Origin: an uncultured delta proteobacterium
GTDB taxonomy: Bacteria > Myxococcota_A > Polyangia > Polyangiales > Polyangiaceae
Direction: 5' to 3'
DNA: 64,000 nucleotides
Assembly: GCA_963841435.1 (NCBI GenBank)
Contig: CAWJCS010000001.1
Location: 256,001-320,000 of the forward strand
A program made the position numbers and the translations under genes. Below the pieces are notes generated by a model. That model was not told where the DNA came from, did no database searches, and was given only the letters and a program-made list of their open reading frames with translations. This document shows, piece by piece, positions 1-10,805 of the stretch. Numbering within the stretch: the stretch's first letter is position 1; each line of letters opens with the position of its first letter.

Positions 1-252
1 CGGCCCGTGCGCCCGTTCGCGCATCATCACGACCGCGTAGCCGACGAGCGTGCCGTCGATCTCCGCGAGCCAAACGCGCGCTGCCGGGCTCGCGAGGTGC
101 TGCCGGAGCCACGCTTCGACCTCGCCCGGCTCACCCGGCTTGAAGCGATCGGGGCGGCTGGCGACGTGCAGGGCGTGCACCTCGGCGTTGAGCACGACGA
201 GCGCCGCCACGTCCTCCTCGACGGCGAGGCGGATCGAAGCGGGGGCGAGCAC
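1..252 (-). CDS. GNAT family N-acetyltransferase (5' part, runs off window start)
   Basis: Manual translation from GTG at 252: MLAPASIRLAVEEDVAALVVLNAEVHALHVASRPDRFKP...VWLAEIDGTLVGYAVVM, a typical GNAT N-terminus. Not in the ORF track because no stop lies in the window. Confidence 0.75.
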   Translation of the reverse strand, partial: MLAPASIRLAVEEDVAALVVLNAEVHALHVASRPDRFKPGEPGEVEAWLRQHLASPAARVWLAEIDGTLVGYAVVMMRERAHGP

Positions 253-438
253 GCCGACAGCGTAGACCGCGGCAGGGCGAAAGTCGCGAAACGACCCGGA
301 AAGGGCTGCCCACCCCTCCGTCCGTGCTCGCCGCTTCGCGGCTGCGCGCGGGCGGCCCCTCCCCGACGCTCGCGGACTCGCGTGGGAGGGGAAAGAATGC
401 GCATTCACGCCCCTTCTTGCAGCTGCTACGGCCCGTGC

Positions 439-1743
439 ATGGGTTCCACGCCGCCGCAGGGGCCGAGGGGGCGCTTTTTCACGACGCTGGCCACCGCGCG
501 CGATCCGTACGGCTCGACAGAGCGCTGGCGCGCCGAATTCGGCCGGACATTTCGTTCCCACGTCATGACCGGCGAGTACGTCGTGACGGGCGAGCCCGAG
601 GTCGTGCGCGACGTGTTCCGCACCGATCCCGGCTTTCTCTTGCCGACCGGTGAGGTGCTCGAGCCGTTGCTCGGCACGCGCTCTCTGTTTTCGCTCGACC
701 CGGCGGAGCATGCCCGCGAGCGCAAGCTCTTGATGCCGCCGTTCCACGGCAGCCGCATGCGCGCGTACGCAGGCACGGTGCGCGCCACGGCCGAGCGCCG
801 CTCTTCGGGCTGGACGCCGGGCACTACGGTGCGGGCGCTCGACGAGTGCCGCAGCATCTCGGCCGAGGTGATCGTGCGCGCGGTGTTCGGCGTGCAGGAC
901 GAGGAGCGCGTTGGCCGCTACCTCGCGCTCATCGCTCGCTGGGTCAACGCCTGGAAGCCCGTCTTCATCCTGTTCCCCTTCACGCAGAAGAAGCTCTTCG
1001 GCCTCTCGCCGTGGGCGCGCTTCGTCGCCGCGGGCGCCGAGCTCGATCAGATGTTGGAGGAGGACATCACCGAGCGGCGCACGTCGGGCGAGCGCGGCGA
1101 GGACATCCTGAGCCTGTTGCTCGACAGCACGTACGAGGACGGCTCGCCCCTCACGAACACGTCGATCCGCTCGCACCTTCGCACGCTGCTCTTCGGCGGC
1201 CACGAAACGACGATGATCGCCATCGCCTGGACGCTCCATTTCCTGCACGCGGACCCGGCGGCCCTCGAGCGCACCCGCGCCGTCATCGACGCCCCCCTCG
1301 AGCAGCTCATGCAAGACGAGTGGCTCGACGCGGTGGTGCAGGAAGCCGTGCGACCCCGTCCGATCATCCTCGGCATCACGCGCGAGCTCGGCGAGGCGGC
1401 GACGCTCGGCGGTTACGACGTTCCCGCTGGGTCGCGCCTCTTCATCTCGATCGCCATGCTGCACACCGACCCGGAGCTCTACCCCGAGCCCCATCGGTTC
1501 CGTCCCGAGCGCTTCCTCGAGAAGAAGCCGAAGCCGTGGGAGTACCTGCCGTTCGGCGGCGGGCACCGGCGCTGCCTCGGCGCAGCGTTCGCGCAGTTCG
1601 AGGCCAAGATCGTGGTCGCCACGTTCCTCTCGCTGATGCGCTTCGAGCTCGTCGGCCCGAAAAGCCTCGCGACGGTGCGCCGCAATCTCTCGATGGCGCC
1701 CGCGAGCGGCGTGCCGCTGCGCGTGACCGAACGGCTAGCGTAG
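439..1743 (+). CDS. Cytochrome P450
   Basis: I-helix LFGGHETT, ExxR (EAVR), FRPERF and heme motif PFGGGHRRCLG. Start taken at ATG 439 within ORF 7..1743. Confidence 0.95.
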   Translation: MGSTPPQGPRGRFFTTLATARDPYGSTERWRAEFGRTFRSHVMTGEYVVTGEPEVVRDVFRTDPGFLLPTGEVLEPLLGTRSLFSLDPAEHARERKLLMPPFHGSRMRAYAGTVRATAERRSSGWTPGTTVRALDECRSISAEVIVRAVFGVQDEERVGRYLALIARWVNAWKPVFILFPFTQKKLFGLSPWARFVAAGAELDQMLEEDITERRTSGERGEDILSLLLDSTYEDGSPLTNTSIRSHLRTLLFGGHETTMIAIAWTLHFLHADPAALERTRAVIDAPLEQLMQDEWLDAVVQEAVRPRPIILGITRELGEAATLGGYDVPAGSRLFISIAMLHTDPELYPEPHRFRPERFLEKKPKPWEYLPFGGGHRRCLGAAFAQFEAKIVVATFLSLMRFELVGPKSLATVRRNLSMAPASGVPLRVTERLA

Positions 1744-1897
1744 CCGGGACGTTCCGCCGGCCCTTCGAGCCGGCTTTTTCGGCGGATCCGAGCTAAGCTT
1801 CAAAGTGACCATGGACGAGGGCCAACTCAGCGTCGCCGTTTCCTTAGCAGAGCGGGAGCAGCTGCTCATTCGCGCGGCATCGGGCTACTCTGGCGTG

Positions 1898-2380
1898 ATG
1901 AGCCCGCTGCCCGACAAGCTGAGTGCTTTGCGCGCAGCCGTGCGCGCTCTGGCGGCGGCGGGCGCGTCCCACGCGCTCATTGGCGGGCTAGCCGTTGGGA
2001 TCCGCAGCGGCATTCCGCGAGCCACGCTCGACGTGGACATTGCGGTGTCGACCGGTGCCGACCGCAGTGTGCTCATCGAGCGTCTGCGAGGCGAGGGCTT
2101 CTCGCTGGTCGGCGAATTCGCCCACAGCATCAACTTCCGGCACGCGAGCGGTGAGCCACTCCAGCTCGCGTTCGACGAGCCGTTCGACGCGATGATCGCT
2201 CGAGCGGAGCGTGTCACCGTGGGCGATTTCTCGATCCCCGTGGTCACCCGGGAGGACCTCATCGCCATGAAGCGGCGCGCCGCCGCGGATCCCGCGCGGC
2301 GGCGGAGCAAGGCTCTGCGCGATCAAGCCGACATCGCCCTCCTCGAGGGCGACGTGCCCGACGACGACGAAGGCTGGTAG
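1898..2380 (+). CDS. Nucleotidyltransferase (Pol beta-like, DUF6036/AbiEii-like)
   Basis: IGGLAV...PRATLDVD motif and C-terminal DLIAMK...DQADI. Start uncertain (1805 or 1898). Confidence 0.75.
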   Translation: MSPLPDKLSALRAAVRALAAAGASHALIGGLAVGIRSGIPRATLDVDIAVSTGADRSVLIERLRGEGFSLVGEFAHSINFRHASGEPLQLAFDEPFDAMIARAERVTVGDFSIPVVTREDLIAMKRRAAADPARRRSKALRDQADIALLEGDVPDDDEGW

Positions 2381-2402
2381 CTCACACCGAACGGAGGCGC
2401 TC

Positions 2403-3619
2403 ATGAAGCTGGTAGGGGTGGTCGGATGGGTCGGCATGTCGTGCTTGGTCATGCCCGGCGCGGCAAAAGCCTGCGGCGGCGGTGGCGTGGTGAGCTCGAC
2501 GGGGAGCGTCGGCGCGAACGCCCAGCGCGTCTTCCTCTCGTTGCACGGCGACGGCGTTGCCGGTGGGCCGGCGATGACGGACGTGGTCGTGCAAATTGCC
2601 GTACCCAGCACGACCTCCGACTATGGAGCCCTGCTGCCGCTTCCCCTGGAGCCGAAGCTCGATACCATCCCGGTGGCGGTCGAGGACTTCGATGCGCTCG
2701 ACGAGGCGACGGCCCCGCAGATCCTCACGGTCGAGGGGTCCGATGGCGGCTTCAGTTGCGGCTGCGTCGCGGGCAGCGCCGCGGACACGAAAAGCTCGAG
2801 CGCTCGCGTGAGCGCTCCGGTGGCCATCGGCCCCGTCACCGCGACCGTGCTCACGGGCACGACCGTCGCCGTCAACGACTGGCTGACCGAGAACGGGTTT
2901 GCCATCTCGGACGCGGATCGAGCGACCATCGAAGACTATGCTGGGTACTACTTCGTTGCGATCAAGCGGGGCGACACGACGGCTCCCGGCGGCCCGTCGA
3001 GCATCGGCATCCATTTCACGATGATGGACGACCACCGGAGCTGCCGCTTCACTTCGCGAGCATCGGGGCGGCGCCGACCGTCGCCTTCACGGTCTTTATC
3101 GCTTCCAGCGACCTCGTCGGCCCCTCGCCTCCCTTCGTGCCGCTCACGCTGAACGATCTCGACGGTGACGTGTTGCGGTCCGGCGGCTACGCGACGGCCG
3201 TTCGGCAGGCGGTGCATGCTCACGGAGAGCGAGCTTTCGTGCTCGAATCCCGGACGGAACGCGCCGATCTCCCGGAGGCCTCGCGGTTGGTTGCGATGAT
3301 CAACCCAGGAGCAACGCTCACACGCATGAGCACCATCGTGCCCGCCCAGGCGCTCACGGACGACGCGCACTTCGACACGCCCTACCCCGACTTCGTCCCG
3401 AACGAGCGCTACGCCTCGGCGACGCCCGTGGTCCGCTCGCGTGACGCAGGCATCGGTGCGCTCGCCGCGCTGCTGCTCGTCGGCGGCTTTCGGAGGCGGC
3501 AACGAGCCCGCGCTCGGCCAGCTCGAGCCGCCGATGGCTCGGTGAATCTCGAAGCGCTGCACGGGTTGGAGTACGATCGGGCGCTTGCTGAGGCTTCCGA
3601 CGTGGATTGCGACCGCTGA
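2403..3619 (+). pseudogene. Secreted DUF2330-like protein split by a 1-bp frameshift near 3036 (possibly an assembly error)
   Basis: Signal peptide ending AKAC; WLTENGF and YFVAIK. Protein-like sequence moves from ORF 2403..3152 (GIHFTMMDDH) to ORF 2426..3619 (ELPLHFASIGA...TRMSTIV...C-terminal TM plus RRR). Confidence 0.55.
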
Positions 3620-5120
3620 AGCGACGCTCGACGAGCGCGGGCTCGGGGCGGGTCGCATCGCGCTCGCGCTGGTCTTGCTCGTGGATCTGGCGAGGCGGCT
3701 GACGGCGGTCTCGCTCTGGTACTCGAACGACGGCCTCCTACCCAATCACACCGTGCTCTGGGCGCCCACGCTCGATCCGGTCTTTTCGCCCTTCTTCAAC
3801 GCGTCGCACACCCACGAAGCGGTGCTGCTCATGGTTGCCTGCTCGGTGCCGTACCTCGCCCTCCTGGTCGGGTACCGAACGCGCCTCGCGCAGCTGCTCT
3901 CCTTCGTCGCGGTGCTCAGCTTGCACGGCCGCGTCGTGTTTCTCGAAACCGGAGGCGACGCCGTGCTCGGCGACCTCGTCCTTTGGACCCTGTTCTTGCC
4001 GCTCGGTCAACGCTTCTCGCTGGACGCCCTCGCGTTGCGCCGCTCCGGTGCAGCGAGCCCGAGCATCGGGAGCGCCGACGTCACCGACTGGGCTTGCTTC
4101 GCGCTGAAGCTGCAGCTCGCCGTCATCTACTTCTTCAACGCAATGCAGAAGAATGGCCCGCTGTGGCAGAGTGGGCTCGCCGTTCACTACGCGCTGCAGC
4201 TCGATTCGACGGTCACGGGCCTCGGCGTCTTCTTGCGAAACCACATGACGCGCGGCCTTTCCGCCATCCTGACCCATGGAGCTCGGCTGGCCGAGGGGGT
4301 GGTGCCCGCCTTGCTGCTGTTGCCGTCGCGTCGCGGTGGCCCGCTTCTCATCGCTGTGGCTCTCGTCGTTCCGCTCCACGTCGGCTTCGCGCTTTTCATG
4401 AATCTCGGCCTGTTTTCGGCCGTCATGGTCGCGTACGCCGTGTTTCTCGTCCCGGGCCTGGCATGGGACTTCGTCGAGCGTCGGGTCGGCGCCTCTGCAC
4501 TCGCGCGGCACGTCAGATCGGTCGCCGAGCTCGTCGCCGCTCGACTACCCCGACCCACCTCCCCGCGGGCAGTCCTTGCGGAACGGCCGAGGAAAATCGC
4601 CAAACATGCCTTGCTGCTCGTTGTCGCCGCTCTCGCGTACACTGAGCTCGGTGTCGAAAACCCTGGCCTCCCGCGGTCCCTCAGGCTGCCGCAACCGGCT
4701 CTCGCGCGTGCGCTCGTCAGCTACCTGCAGCTCTTTCAGGGTTGGACCATGTTCGCTCCCGATCCACCCAGAATAGACTATGCGATCAGCGTGGATGCGC
4801 TGACCGCCGACGGGCGCCACATCGACCCGCTGAACGAAGCCTTTCGCCCTGGTCGCGCGCCGCCCACGACGCCGATCCCAGCGCAACTCGGCTACGACGA
4901 CTTTGCCAACCGCTACCTCAATCAGATCGAGGCGACGGCCGCCTACCACAGAGCTCTTGGCGAATGGATCCTGCGTTACCCCGAGCGCACCGGGCGGCGA
5001 GAAGATCGCATCGTGTCGTTTACCGTGCGCGCGCTCGAGGACGAGAGCCCACCGCCCGGGTTGCGCGCTTCGTCGAACCCGCGGAGCCGTCCCTTCCTCC
5101 GCTACCCGGACGACGGTTGA
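3585..5120 (+). CDS. HTTM domain membrane protein (vitamin K-dependent carboxylase-like)
   Basis: GRIALALVLLVDL, YSNDGLLP, GGD, FSLDA, QLAVIYFFNAMQK..W, FQGWTMFAPDP; multiple TM segments. Confidence 0.8.
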   Translation: MLRLPTWIATAEATLDERGLGAGRIALALVLLVDLARRLTAVSLWYSNDGLLPNHTVLWAPTLDPVFSPFFNASHTHEAVLLMVACSVPYLALLVGYRTRLAQLLSFVAVLSLHGRVVFLETGGDAVLGDLVLWTLFLPLGQRFSLDALALRRSGAASPSIGSADVTDWACFALKLQLAVIYFFNAMQKNGPLWQSGLAVHYALQLDSTVTGLGVFLRNHMTRGLSAILTHGARLAEGVVPALLLLPSRRGGPLLIAVALVVPLHVGFALFMNLGLFSAVMVAYAVFLVPGLAWDFVERRVGASALARHVRSVAELVAARLPRPTSPRAVLAERPRKIAKHALLLVVAALAYTELGVENPGLPRSLRLPQPALARALVSYLQLFQGWTMFAPDPPRIDYAISVDALTADGRHIDPLNEAFRPGRAPPTTPIPAQLGYDDFANRYLNQIEATAAYHRALGEWILRYPERTGRREDRIVSFTVRALEDESPPPGLRASSNPRSRPFLRYPDDG

Positions 5121-5168
5121 GGGGCGGGATACTGGCGGTACGCAGGCGGCGACGCAGGCAAATTCGAG

Positions 5169-6557
5169 CTACGGGCAGGTGCACGCCATGGGCGCGCTCC
5201 CCGTGTTGAAGGGCACGAGGGGGTTTGCAAGGTAGAAATCCGCCGAGTTGGCGTGGGTCCACGTGCAGCCTCTGCCGAGAGACCTGAGCGTCTGCGTGGG
5301 CTGGGTCGGCGCGGGCGCGGGCGTTCCCTCGAGCGAGAGTGATGTCGTCCCGTAGGACAGGCCGCTCACGATCTTCCACGGACCCGAGCCGCTGAGCGGC
5401 TGGGTGCCGACGGTGAGCGCGACGAGCCCACCCGCCGTCGGCAGATTGGCATTGCTGACCAAGTCCGCGCCGGGGAGCGCCGTGCCCGTCACCTGGTTGT
5501 CGCGCCCGAGGACGACGGCGTAGAAGCCGCTCGGCGGGATGGTGCCCGTGAGGGGAATCACCGTCCATGCGCCGGAAGCCGCGCCGTCGTTCAGCTGAAG
5601 CGCGACCCCGTCGAGCACGAGCGTGCTCGCCTCGCGGTTGTGGAGCTCCACGAAGTCGTTGTTCGGCTGGTACTGATTGAGCCCGCCCGCTGCGTAAAGG
5701 ACGCTAATGGTGAGCGGCGGGTCACACGATGCCTGGGCGAACTGCGCGGGCGTCAGCACCGAGAAGCGCGTGGTCATGAAGTGCAGGCTCGTCGCGTCGG
5801 CAACCGGCCAGGCGACGTTCTCCCAGCTCGTATCGGACTCGTCGTCGAGACGGAGCACGGCGGGGCGCGCGGGCTCCATCGCGCTCGTGTGGTGGAGCAC
5901 GACCTCCACCGGCTGCGCGAACGTGAGGCCATGCGGCAAGAGCGCGACCGTGGGACCGATGCCCTCGAACTCCGACGGCACGTCCGCCACCGTCGAAGGC
6001 TCGACAGTCGCAATGCGGATGGTCGTCGACACCGACACCGCTCCGGGCGGAACGATCACCGTCGTCGTGCCGTCGGTGATCATGCCGCCGCCCTCCGGCG
6101 TGACGACACCGCTCGTCTCGACCGCCGCGCCCCCCTCACCACCGGCCCCGGCGTCCATCCCACTGCTGCCCGCCTCCGTGCCACCGCTTCCGCCTCCCAA
6201 TCCACCGCGCCCAGCGCCCGAGCCCCCGAGCGCCCCGGACCCGCTCTCGCCCGCCGTCCCGGCCTCGCCAATCGTTCCGCCCGTTCCAGCGCGCCCGCCG
6301 CCCCCGCCGGTACCGGAACTGGCGCCACTGCTCCCGCCGGTGCTGCTCCCGCCGGTGCTGCTCCCGCCGGTACTGCTCCCGCCGGTACTGCTCCCGCCGG
6401 TACTGCTCCCGCCGCTTCCCGCGCGTCCCGCCATGCCAGCAGCCACGCCGCCAGCAGCCACGCCACCGGCGTCGTCGTCATCGGAGCACGACGCCAAAAG
6501 CGCGGCAGAGAGCGTGAACGCAATAAGACCGGTTCTAAGCATCGACGGTTCTCGCAT
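5169..6557 (-). CDS. Lipoprotein with Gly-rich linker, ZU5-like domain and lamin-tail-like domain
   Basis: Lipobox LLASC; VPPGAV...PHGLTFAQPV...HFMTTRFS (ZU5-like); ISVLYAAGG...NDFVELHN (LTD-like). Confidence 0.65.
   Translation of the reverse strand: MREPSMLRTGLIAFTLSAALLASCSDDDDAGGVAAGGVAAGMAGRAGSGGSSTGGSSTGGSSTGGSSTGGSSTGGSSGASSGTGGGGGRAGTGGTIGEAGTAGESGSGALGGSGAGRGGLGGGSGGTEAGSSGMDAGAGGEGGAAVETSGVVTPEGGGMITDGTTTVIVPPGAVSVSTTIRIATVEPSTVADVPSEFEGIGPTVALLPHGLTFAQPVEVVLHHTSAMEPARPAVLRLDDESDTSWENVAWPVADATSLHFMTTRFSVLTPAQFAQASCDPPLTISVLYAAGGLNQYQPNNDFVELHNREASTLVLDGVALQLNDGAASGAWTVIPLTGTIPPSGFYAVVLGRDNQVTGTALPGADLVSNANLPTAGGLVALTVGTQPLSGSGPWKIVSGLSYGTTSLSLEGTPAPAPTQPTQTLRSLGRGCTWTHANSADFYLANPLVPFNTGSAPMACTCP
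6328..6415. repeat. 15-bp coding tandem repeat (GGSST, about 5-6 units)
   Basis: Repeated ctgctcccgccggtr units in the linker. Confidence 0.85.
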
Positions 6558-6682
6558 CTTCGAACAATCCTTTCCGGCAGGGCTCTACGCCCTGTCCGCC
6601 CTGCTCCTCGTCCACCACACCCGTGATGCGGCGTCCATAGGTTGATCTTCCGGCTCCAGGCCACGAATCCCCATGCGCGGCG

Positions 6683-7265
6683 CTACGGCTGCACGAACCG
6701 CACGGCGAACGGCTGGCATTCCGTCGGCTCGACCGCTTCCCAGAGGTCGCTCGCAAGCTCGAACACGTTGTCGGGGACGACCATCGAGAACGTTTCGCCG
6801 TGCGCTCGATTGCGCTCTCGAACACGCTCCAGCCGAACCTCGCGCGGGGCGTCCAGCACGTGCAACTGCATCTCGAGCCGAGCCTGCCGCACGAGAGCAT
6901 AGAACGCCAGGCGCTCGCTCTGCCGGATGAGCCCGAGCTCCAGCACTGCTGCCACGCCGCGCTCGGCCACGCTCCTCGCCACCACCCAGATCTGTTCGAC
7001 GGCGCGGCGAGCACGCTCTCGGTACCACTCCATCACGCCGTCGTCCGGACGGTCCGCGCGGAAGAGGCGCGCCATCCACTCGTCGAGCGTGAACTGCACC
7101 GCCCCTCGCTCTCGGGCGAGCGCGAGCGCGTACGTTCAACTTCCCGGCCCCGACGGGGCCGAGAATCAGGTGCACCCGGGCGCGCTCTTGCAGGGCGCCC
7201 GCCCCATCGGGTACGATCGAGATCGATTTGGGGTGGGCAAGCGGGGTCTGGGTCGGCTTCGCCAT
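6683..7265 (-). pseudogene. AAA_33/predicted kinase family ATPase, frameshifted in the Walker A motif near 7137
   Basis: VHLILGPVGAGK in one frame; YALALARERGAVQFTLDEWM...VLELG continues in ORF 6683..7099. Confidence 0.75.
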
Positions 7266-7351
7266 GGGCGAACGTTCGCCGTTCCCTGCCGTAATTGGGA
7301 GCTAGCGCTTCGCCACGAGAGGCCAGCCGAATGCGGAGGCGTGCGTGGCGC

Positions 7352-7618
7352 TCAGTCGGTCGTGCGCCGCCCGCGGCCGACTCGCTTCGCCGGTCCGGCG
7401 CTCGCGCTCGGCCCGCGGCGTGGCACGAAGCTTCGGCGACCGCTGCCGTAGAGCTCGCGCAGCGCCTGAAAGGTGCGCGCGCCGGAGTTCTCGGCGATGA
7501 GAGCGTGACCACGGCAAAGCACGACGGTGCGCTCGTCGAGCGGCACCTCGACGAGCTTCCGCCCGGCGCGTGCCACCTCGGGCATGAAATTCTCGCAAAC
7601 TTCGCAACTGTGTCCCAT
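7352..7618 (-). CDS. Small hypothetical protein, putative Zn-binding (CxxC...CxxH)
   Basis: MGHSCEVCENF...VLCRGHALIAENSG; plausible codon usage. Confidence 0.5.
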   Translation of the reverse strand: MGHSCEVCENFMPEVARAGRKLVEVPLDERTVVLCRGHALIAENSGARTFQALRELYGSGRRSFVPRRGPSASAGPAKRVGRGRRTTD

Positions 7619-8085
7619 CTCGAAAGCGTGCGGCGCCTCCGGGCACCGGGCCAAGTTTCGATGGGGTGCGCGGGTCAGCTGGCTGTTTGCCGCCGACGCA
7701 CGAAGTGTGGCTGAACCATGTTGCGGCCGCAGCGGTCGTGCCCCGTGAGCTCGACCTGCCGCCGCTCCTTCACGCCCGCGAACCGCGATGTGCCGTCGAA
7801 ACGAACCAGGCGAGCACGAGCGCAGCTCCCCACCGGCCACGGCTCCGTGCCCACGCGATCACGGCTCGAGTCTAGTACGGTCGCGGTGCCGTGATTCGAG
7901 GTCAGTCGGATCAGGCTGCCTGGACCGCCAACGTCAGCGCTCGAAACCGGGCGGGATGAGCTCACAGGGGAGCCCCCCCTCCGGCGGGCGCGGCAGGGTT
8001 CCCGGCCCGTCGTCGCAGTCGCCCGTCGGCAAGCCGACCCCGGGCTTTGCGGTCGCCGCGCGCAACGGAGCTAGGCTTCAACCGG

Positions 8086-8448
8086 ATGCGCGCTCCCTGG
8101 CCCTGCTCGCTCGCATTCGTCGCGGGCTTTCTCGCCTTGGCCGGCTGCGGCGGCGACGATCAAGTGTCGCTCGAGTGCAAATTCACGGAACCCACGGAGT
8201 GCGTTCAGCCGGCGCCACGCTATTCCGACGTCGAGCCGATCTTCCAGGGTCGCTGCGTGCCGTGCCACGTTGGCGGAAGAGGTGAGCCCTGGGCGCTCAC
8301 CGACTACGAGCACATCGCGGACTGGTGGGATCTCGTCGAATACGATCTCGGCAACTGCTCGATGCCGCCCGCCGACGCCAAAGCCCCCCTGACGCGAGCC
8401 GAGCGCGAAAAGATCCTGATGTGGCTCCGCTGCGGCTTCCCCCCGTGA
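8086..8448 (+). CDS. Mono-heme cytochrome c-like lipoprotein, copy 1
   Basis: Lipobox LAGC, VEPIFQGRCVPCH, SMPP, LTRAEREKILMW. Confidence 0.75.
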   Translation: MRAPWPCSLAFVAGFLALAGCGGDDQVSLECKFTEPTECVQPAPRYSDVEPIFQGRCVPCHVGGRGEPWALTDYEHIADWWDLVEYDLGNCSMPPADAKAPLTRAEREKILMWLRCGFPP

Positions 8449-8490
8449 GCTTTCGGTCGCTGGCCCGCCGTGGTAGATTTCTTGCTCGGC

Positions 8491-8765
8491 ATGAAGCGCA
8501 AGGCTTGGGTTGGCGGCGTGGTCGGAACGCATGCGGAGCTCGACGCCGAGGACCGGCGCTTCTGGCAAGAAGCAGGACCCTCGGCCCGAGTGATGGCGTC
8601 GCTGTCCTTGTCCCTTCAGCTGTCCGCTCTAGGCAATCCAGATGGATCTCCCCGGGATTTGATCGAGCTGTTTTCGGCGTTCGGACGCGAAAAGGTCCGC
8701 TATCTGCTGGTCGGCGGCCACGCCGTCGCGGCGCACGGCCGGCCGCGCTCGACCAAAGACGTTGA
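8491..8765 (+). CDS. Small partner protein upstream of and overlapping the nucleotidyltransferase (frame broken at the C-run near 8650)
   Basis: MKRKAWVG...DRRFWQEAGPSARV...PGFDRAVFGVR; same architecture as 34493..34726. Confidence 0.5.
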
Positions 8766-9130
8766 CCTCTGGCTCGGTCCGGGGACGGCCAACGTCCTGC
8801 GAGCATGCCGGGCGCTTTCGAGCTTCGGCGCGCCGGCGGAAATCGTGGCCGCTCTGCGGGAGTCGGGTCCGGACGACATCGTCTGGATGGGCAGGGCGCC
8901 TACGCGCATCGATCTGCTTCGCTCCCTCCCGGCGGTCGAGTTCGACGCTGCCTGGCCGCGTCGGCTCAGGGTTGACATCGCAGGCGTTTCCGTGCCGGTC
9001 ATCGGCAAGGCGGATCTCATCACGAACAAGACGTTCGTCGGGAGACCGCAGGATCGGCGAGACGTTCCGGGCGCTCTCGGGAACGGCCGCGACGACGAAG
9101 CGAAAGATTCGCCGCCAGCGACGAAGCTGA
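8642..9130 (+). pseudogene. Nucleotidyltransferase (DUF6036-like) with apparent 1-bp indels near 8650 and 9067
   Basis: YLLVGGHAVAAHGRPRSTKDVDLW...LITNK..GRPQD..D. Adding a C at 8650 gives the start MDLPRDLIE; removing a base near 9067 gives a basic tail ending at 9130. The ORF extension to 10023 is antisense to the GGDEF gene. Confidence 0.75.
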
Positions 9131-9180
9131 GCTCGGGAGACGAGGCAGTCCACGCCGGCAGCGCGGTCGCATCCGCCACG

Positions 9181-10071
9181 TCACGTGACGACGCGATTGC
9201 GCCCGGCGCGCTTCGCTTCGTAGAGCTTCTCGTCGGCGCGCCGGAGGAGCGCCTCGAAATCCGCGTCGTCTTCGTGGAGCTCGGCGCACCCGACGCTGAC
9301 GGTGACGGCGATCGAACGGCTGCGGTACTCGGTGACGAGCGCCTCGACGGACGCGCGGACCCGCTCGGCGACGACGGCGGCTTCAGCGAGGTCGGACTGA
9401 GGCATGAGGATCGCCAGCTCCTCGCCACCGTACCTTGCGACGGTGTCGCCGGTCCGCGTGGCGTCCCGCACGGCATGGGCGACGCGGGCGAGCACGGCGT
9501 CCCCCGCTTGGTGGCCGTGGTCGTCGTTGACCTGCTTGAAGTGATCGATATCGACCATGAACAAGCTCGTCGGCAGCACATGGCGGCGCGCGCGAGAAAA
9601 TTCACGTGCGCACTCGGCGTCGAGCGCGCGGCGGTTCGGGAGCCCCGTGAGGTTATCGGTGATCGACTGCTTGTAGATCTCGTCGTGGTAGGCCGACTCG
9701 ACGTCGTCACCGGCCAAGAACTTGAAGATGTGCGTCCCCAGCTTGACGAGATCACCACGGCCGAGCTCCACGCAGCCGTCGACTTCCCGGTCGTTCAGGA
9801 ACGTGCGGTTGCGCGAGCCCACATCCATCAACACCCACTTCTTGCCTCGCGGCTCGATGCGCGCGTGCCGGCGCGACACTTCCTCGTCCTCGAGCACGAT
9901 GTCGTTCGAGGTATCTCGCCCCATGCGCATCACCCGATCGAGATCGACCCGCTGAGTGAGCGGCAGCGCGCCGCGCCGATAAATAAGTACCAAGCACGCA
10001 CGATCTTTCAGCTGCGGCAGTAACCCCGGGTCCTCGACCGACACCGCGGTATCTTCGTCGTGGAAGCCCAT
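9181..10071 (-). CDS. FHA-domain diguanylate cyclase
   Basis: FHA motifs GR, VSRRHA, GSRNRT; DNLTGLPNRR, DIDHFKQVND, RYGGEEL. Confidence 0.95.
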   Translation of the reverse strand: MGFHDEDTAVSVEDPGLLPQLKDRACLVLIYRRGALPLTQRVDLDRVMRMGRDTSNDIVLEDEEVSRRHARIEPRGKKWVLMDVGSRNRTFLNDREVDGCVELGRGDLVKLGTHIFKFLAGDDVESAYHDEIYKQSITDNLTGLPNRRALDAECAREFSRARRHVLPTSLFMVDIDHFKQVNDDHGHQAGDAVLARVAHAVRDATRTGDTVARYGGEELAILMPQSDLAEAAVVAERVRASVEALVTEYRSRSIAVTVSVGCAELHEDDADFEALLRRADEKLYEAKRAGRNRVVT

Positions 10072-10177
10072 CAGCCTGTGATCATGACACGATACGGGTG
10101 TGCAGCGAAGCGCGTCTCGCGCCGTGGCGCCGAGAGGTCATGCGATGTGCGATGACGTGCGACAAGGTGCGGCAGTC

Positions 10178-10675
10178 GTGAACGACCGGACGCTCTACCT
10201 CGTGTGTGGTCTTCCCGGCTCCGGCAAGACGACGCGCGCACGGCGGATCGTCGACACCGTGGGCGCCGTGCACGTCTCCGCCGACGAATGGATCGTGCGC
10301 CTCGGCATCAGCCTCGTGGACTTCGAGTTTCGCGTGAAGCTCCAGGGCTGTCTGCTCGAGCACGCCGGCGAGCTCTTGCGCCGCGGCATCGGCGTCGTCA
10401 TCGAATTCGGTTCCTGGCATCGCAACGAGCGCGAAACAATCCGCCGGGTTGGCGTCCAGTCCGGTGCCAAAACGGAGCTTCACTTCCTGGATGCCGGCGT
10501 CGAAGAGCTGGCACGCCGCGTCCGCGCACGAGGCGGCCCCGACGCAGAAGCCCTCGCCTCGACGGTGCTGGAGCGGCAGGCCCACCGCTTCGAGCGACCA
10601 ACGTCGGGCGAAATCGCGTCGTTCGATCGCTACGTCGGGCCGGGGGAGCAGTGGGATGCGGCGCGCCGGTATTGA
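10178..10675 (+). CDS. AAA_33/predicted kinase family ATPase
   Basis: LVCGLPGSGKTT, SADEW, VVIEFGSW..ER, FERP. Confidence 0.85.
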   Translation: MNDRTLYLVCGLPGSGKTTRARRIVDTVGAVHVSADEWIVRLGISLVDFEFRVKLQGCLLEHAGELLRRGIGVVIEFGSWHRNERETIRRVGVQSGAKTELHFLDAGVEELARRVRARGGPDAEALASTVLERQAHRFERPTSGEIASFDRYVGPGEQWDAARRY

Positions 10676-10805
10676 CCAACGTCGCCGGGCTACGGACGGG
10701 CGGAGGCTCGTGGTGCTCGGCCTCGTGGTGCTCGGGCTCTGCTCACCCGTGCGCGGGGCACACGCCGCCGCGAGCGCGCCGCGCTGCGGGGACGAACGCG
10801 CCGCC

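Noticed and set aside
7860-8050. GC-rich hairpins (gtcggcaagccgac) as a possible ncRNA or riboswitch
   Set aside because: No recognisable family motif; hairpins are common at this GC content. An Rfam search would be needed.
8470-10023. 517-aa ORF suggesting a large nucleotidyltransferase fusion
   Set aside because: Produced by two indels; the C-terminal part is the antisense shadow of the GGDEF gene.
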